DNA from: Candidatus Staskawiczbacteria bacterium RIFOXYB1_FULL_38_37
Lineage (GTDB): Bacteria; Patescibacteriota; Minisyncoccia; Minisyncoccales; Staskawiczbacteraceae
Assembly (NCBI GenBank): GCA_001822075.1
Contig: MHPK01000002.1
Coordinates: forward strand, 75,872 to 139,871
DNA: 64,000 nucleotides
Direction of reading: 5' to 3'
Below the pieces are notes generated by a model that saw only the letters and a list, made by a program, of their open reading frames with translations, ran no database searches and was not told the DNA's origin. A program made the position numbers and the translations under genes. Shown piece by piece: positions 62,915-64,000 of this stretch. Position 1 is the first letter of the stretch; each line of letters starts with the position of its first letter.

Positions 62915-64000
62915 ATGACTTTATGGTTTCAATCACCCGAATTATTTTATAGTTTAGGCAGATGGGCAGGATTTACTGGTTTTATATGCTTGTCCCTTCT
63001 TATCTTCTCTGGTGATACTGCTAAGTTTTTTGATAGATATTTTGGCTTAAACAGAATTATTATATTTCAAAGAAAGTTTTCGCTTTTTATCGCGGTTTTT
63101 GTTTTTTTGCATCCATTATTTTTTGTTCTTTCGGACAGTTCATTTATAAGATATTTGATCATTCCCGACTTTACAGCATTCCCCTTTGCAGCAGGAGCCA
63201 TATCTTTTTATATTTTTATAGTTGTTATGATTGCTTCTAAAATATATAAAAAAATCTCTTATGTAGTTTGGCAGTACATCCATATTCTCATTTATACGTT
63301 ATTCTTTTTCAGTTTATATCACGTTGTAAATTGGGGCTCTAGCAGTAATATTATTTTTTATAAAATAATATACGGAATTTTACTGCTTGCTGTAAGCGTT
63401 GGGATAATTTACAGAACGCAGTATAAAATAAGAAAAAGACATGCGGGCAAGTTCTATGTTAAAGAGATAAAAATAGAAACGAAAGACGTTTTTACATTAG
63501 CGCTAAATCCGGATAAAAAATTTACATTCAAGGCTGGGCAATTCTGTTTTCTAAGATTGAACAAAAATAAATTACACTCCAGGCATCCATTTACCATATC
63601 AAGCTCTCCTTACGAACAAGATTTGCGTTTTACTATTAAAAATACGGGAAGATTCACGAAGACAGCATTTGAACTGGAAAAAGGGGAAGAAGTTATCATA
63701 GACGGGCCCTTCGGCATTTTTACCTTAAAAGACAGCGACAAAGATGTTGTTTTCATTGCCGGAGGAGTCGGGGTTGCCCCATTTTTGAGCATGATAAGAG
63801 ACAATTTATTTGATAAAAAAGATAAAGATATTCTTTTGCTTTATGGCGCAAAGACAAAGGAGGAAATAATATCCAAAGAAGAATTAGACAGCATTAAAGA
63901 GCAACATTTTAGGAAAATATATGTGTTAAGCAATGAGGCCGTTTCTCAGGAAGGATATGAGAATGGTTATATTGATAAGGCCTTGGCTGAGAAGTATGTT
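62915..64000 (+). CDS. ferric-reductase/NOX-like flavocytochrome (FRD membrane domain plus FAD and NAD(P)H domains), 3'-truncated by the window edge
   Basis: Hand translation: TM His residues (LHPLFF, YIHILIY, LYHVVN), RHPFTISS FAD motif, VVFIAGGVGVAPF NAD(P)H motif; absent from the ORF track because it has no stop in the window. Confidence 0.75.
   Translation, partial: MTLWFQSPELFYSLGRWAGFTGFICLSLLIFSGDTAKFFDRYFGLNRIIIFQRKFSLFIAVFVFLHPLFFVLSDSSFIRYLIIPDFTAFPFAAGAISFYIFIVVMIASKIYKKISYVVWQYIHILIYTLFFFSLYHVVNWGSSSNIIFYKIIYGILLLAVSVGIIYRTQYKIRKRHAGKFYVKEIKIETKDVFTLALNPDKKFTFKAGQFCFLRLNKNKLHSRHPFTISSSPYEQDLRFTIKNTGRFTKTAFELEKGEEVIIDGPFGIFTLKDSDKDVVFIAGGVGVAPFLSMIRDNLFDKKDKDILLLYGAKTKEEIISKEELDSIKEQHFRKIYVLSNEAVSQEGYENGYIDKALAEKYV

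Overview
AT-rich bacterial fragment, roughly one-third G+C by eye (not computed). Compact co-directional genes, almost no Shine-Dalgarno sequences, no L30 gene in the ribosomal cluster and many tiny zinc-ribbon or membrane ORFs suggest a reduced Patescibacteria/CPR-like genome; this is inference with no database search. Left to right: an amino-sugar/glycan cluster (1-5.7 kb); a secreted HExxH protease, murB, hpf and tgt; a Fur-like regulator with a free-standing NrdD-C-terminal-like minigene and sod; an Rrf2-NifS-NifU-MnmA block; a CsoR/CopA copper operon (18.4-24.7 kb); a G+C-rich SPFH island; then the str/S10/spc ribosomal cluster with secY, adk, map and tpiA (32.3-50.8 kb). That cluster is interrupted by a hicBA pair and by a G+C-rich antisense micro-operon between fusA and tuf. 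Next come rnpB, murJ, a type II R-M cassette bracketed by a 28-bp direct repeat, lepA and two tandem Cys-rich repeat surface proteins. The window ends with a three-tRNA array whose first tRNA(CAU) carries a group I intron, and a second Fur-like/NrdD-like module with cupredoxin and NOX-like genes. Strongest leads are the duplicated Fur-like/glycyl-radical-minigene module, the intron-bearing initiator-like tRNA, G+C-rich palindromic elements inserted in frame in essential genes, recurrent intergenic hairpin or leader elements abutting start codons, and three SD-bearing G+C-rich islands. All calls come from reading the sequence and the ORF track; no homology searches or folding programs were run.
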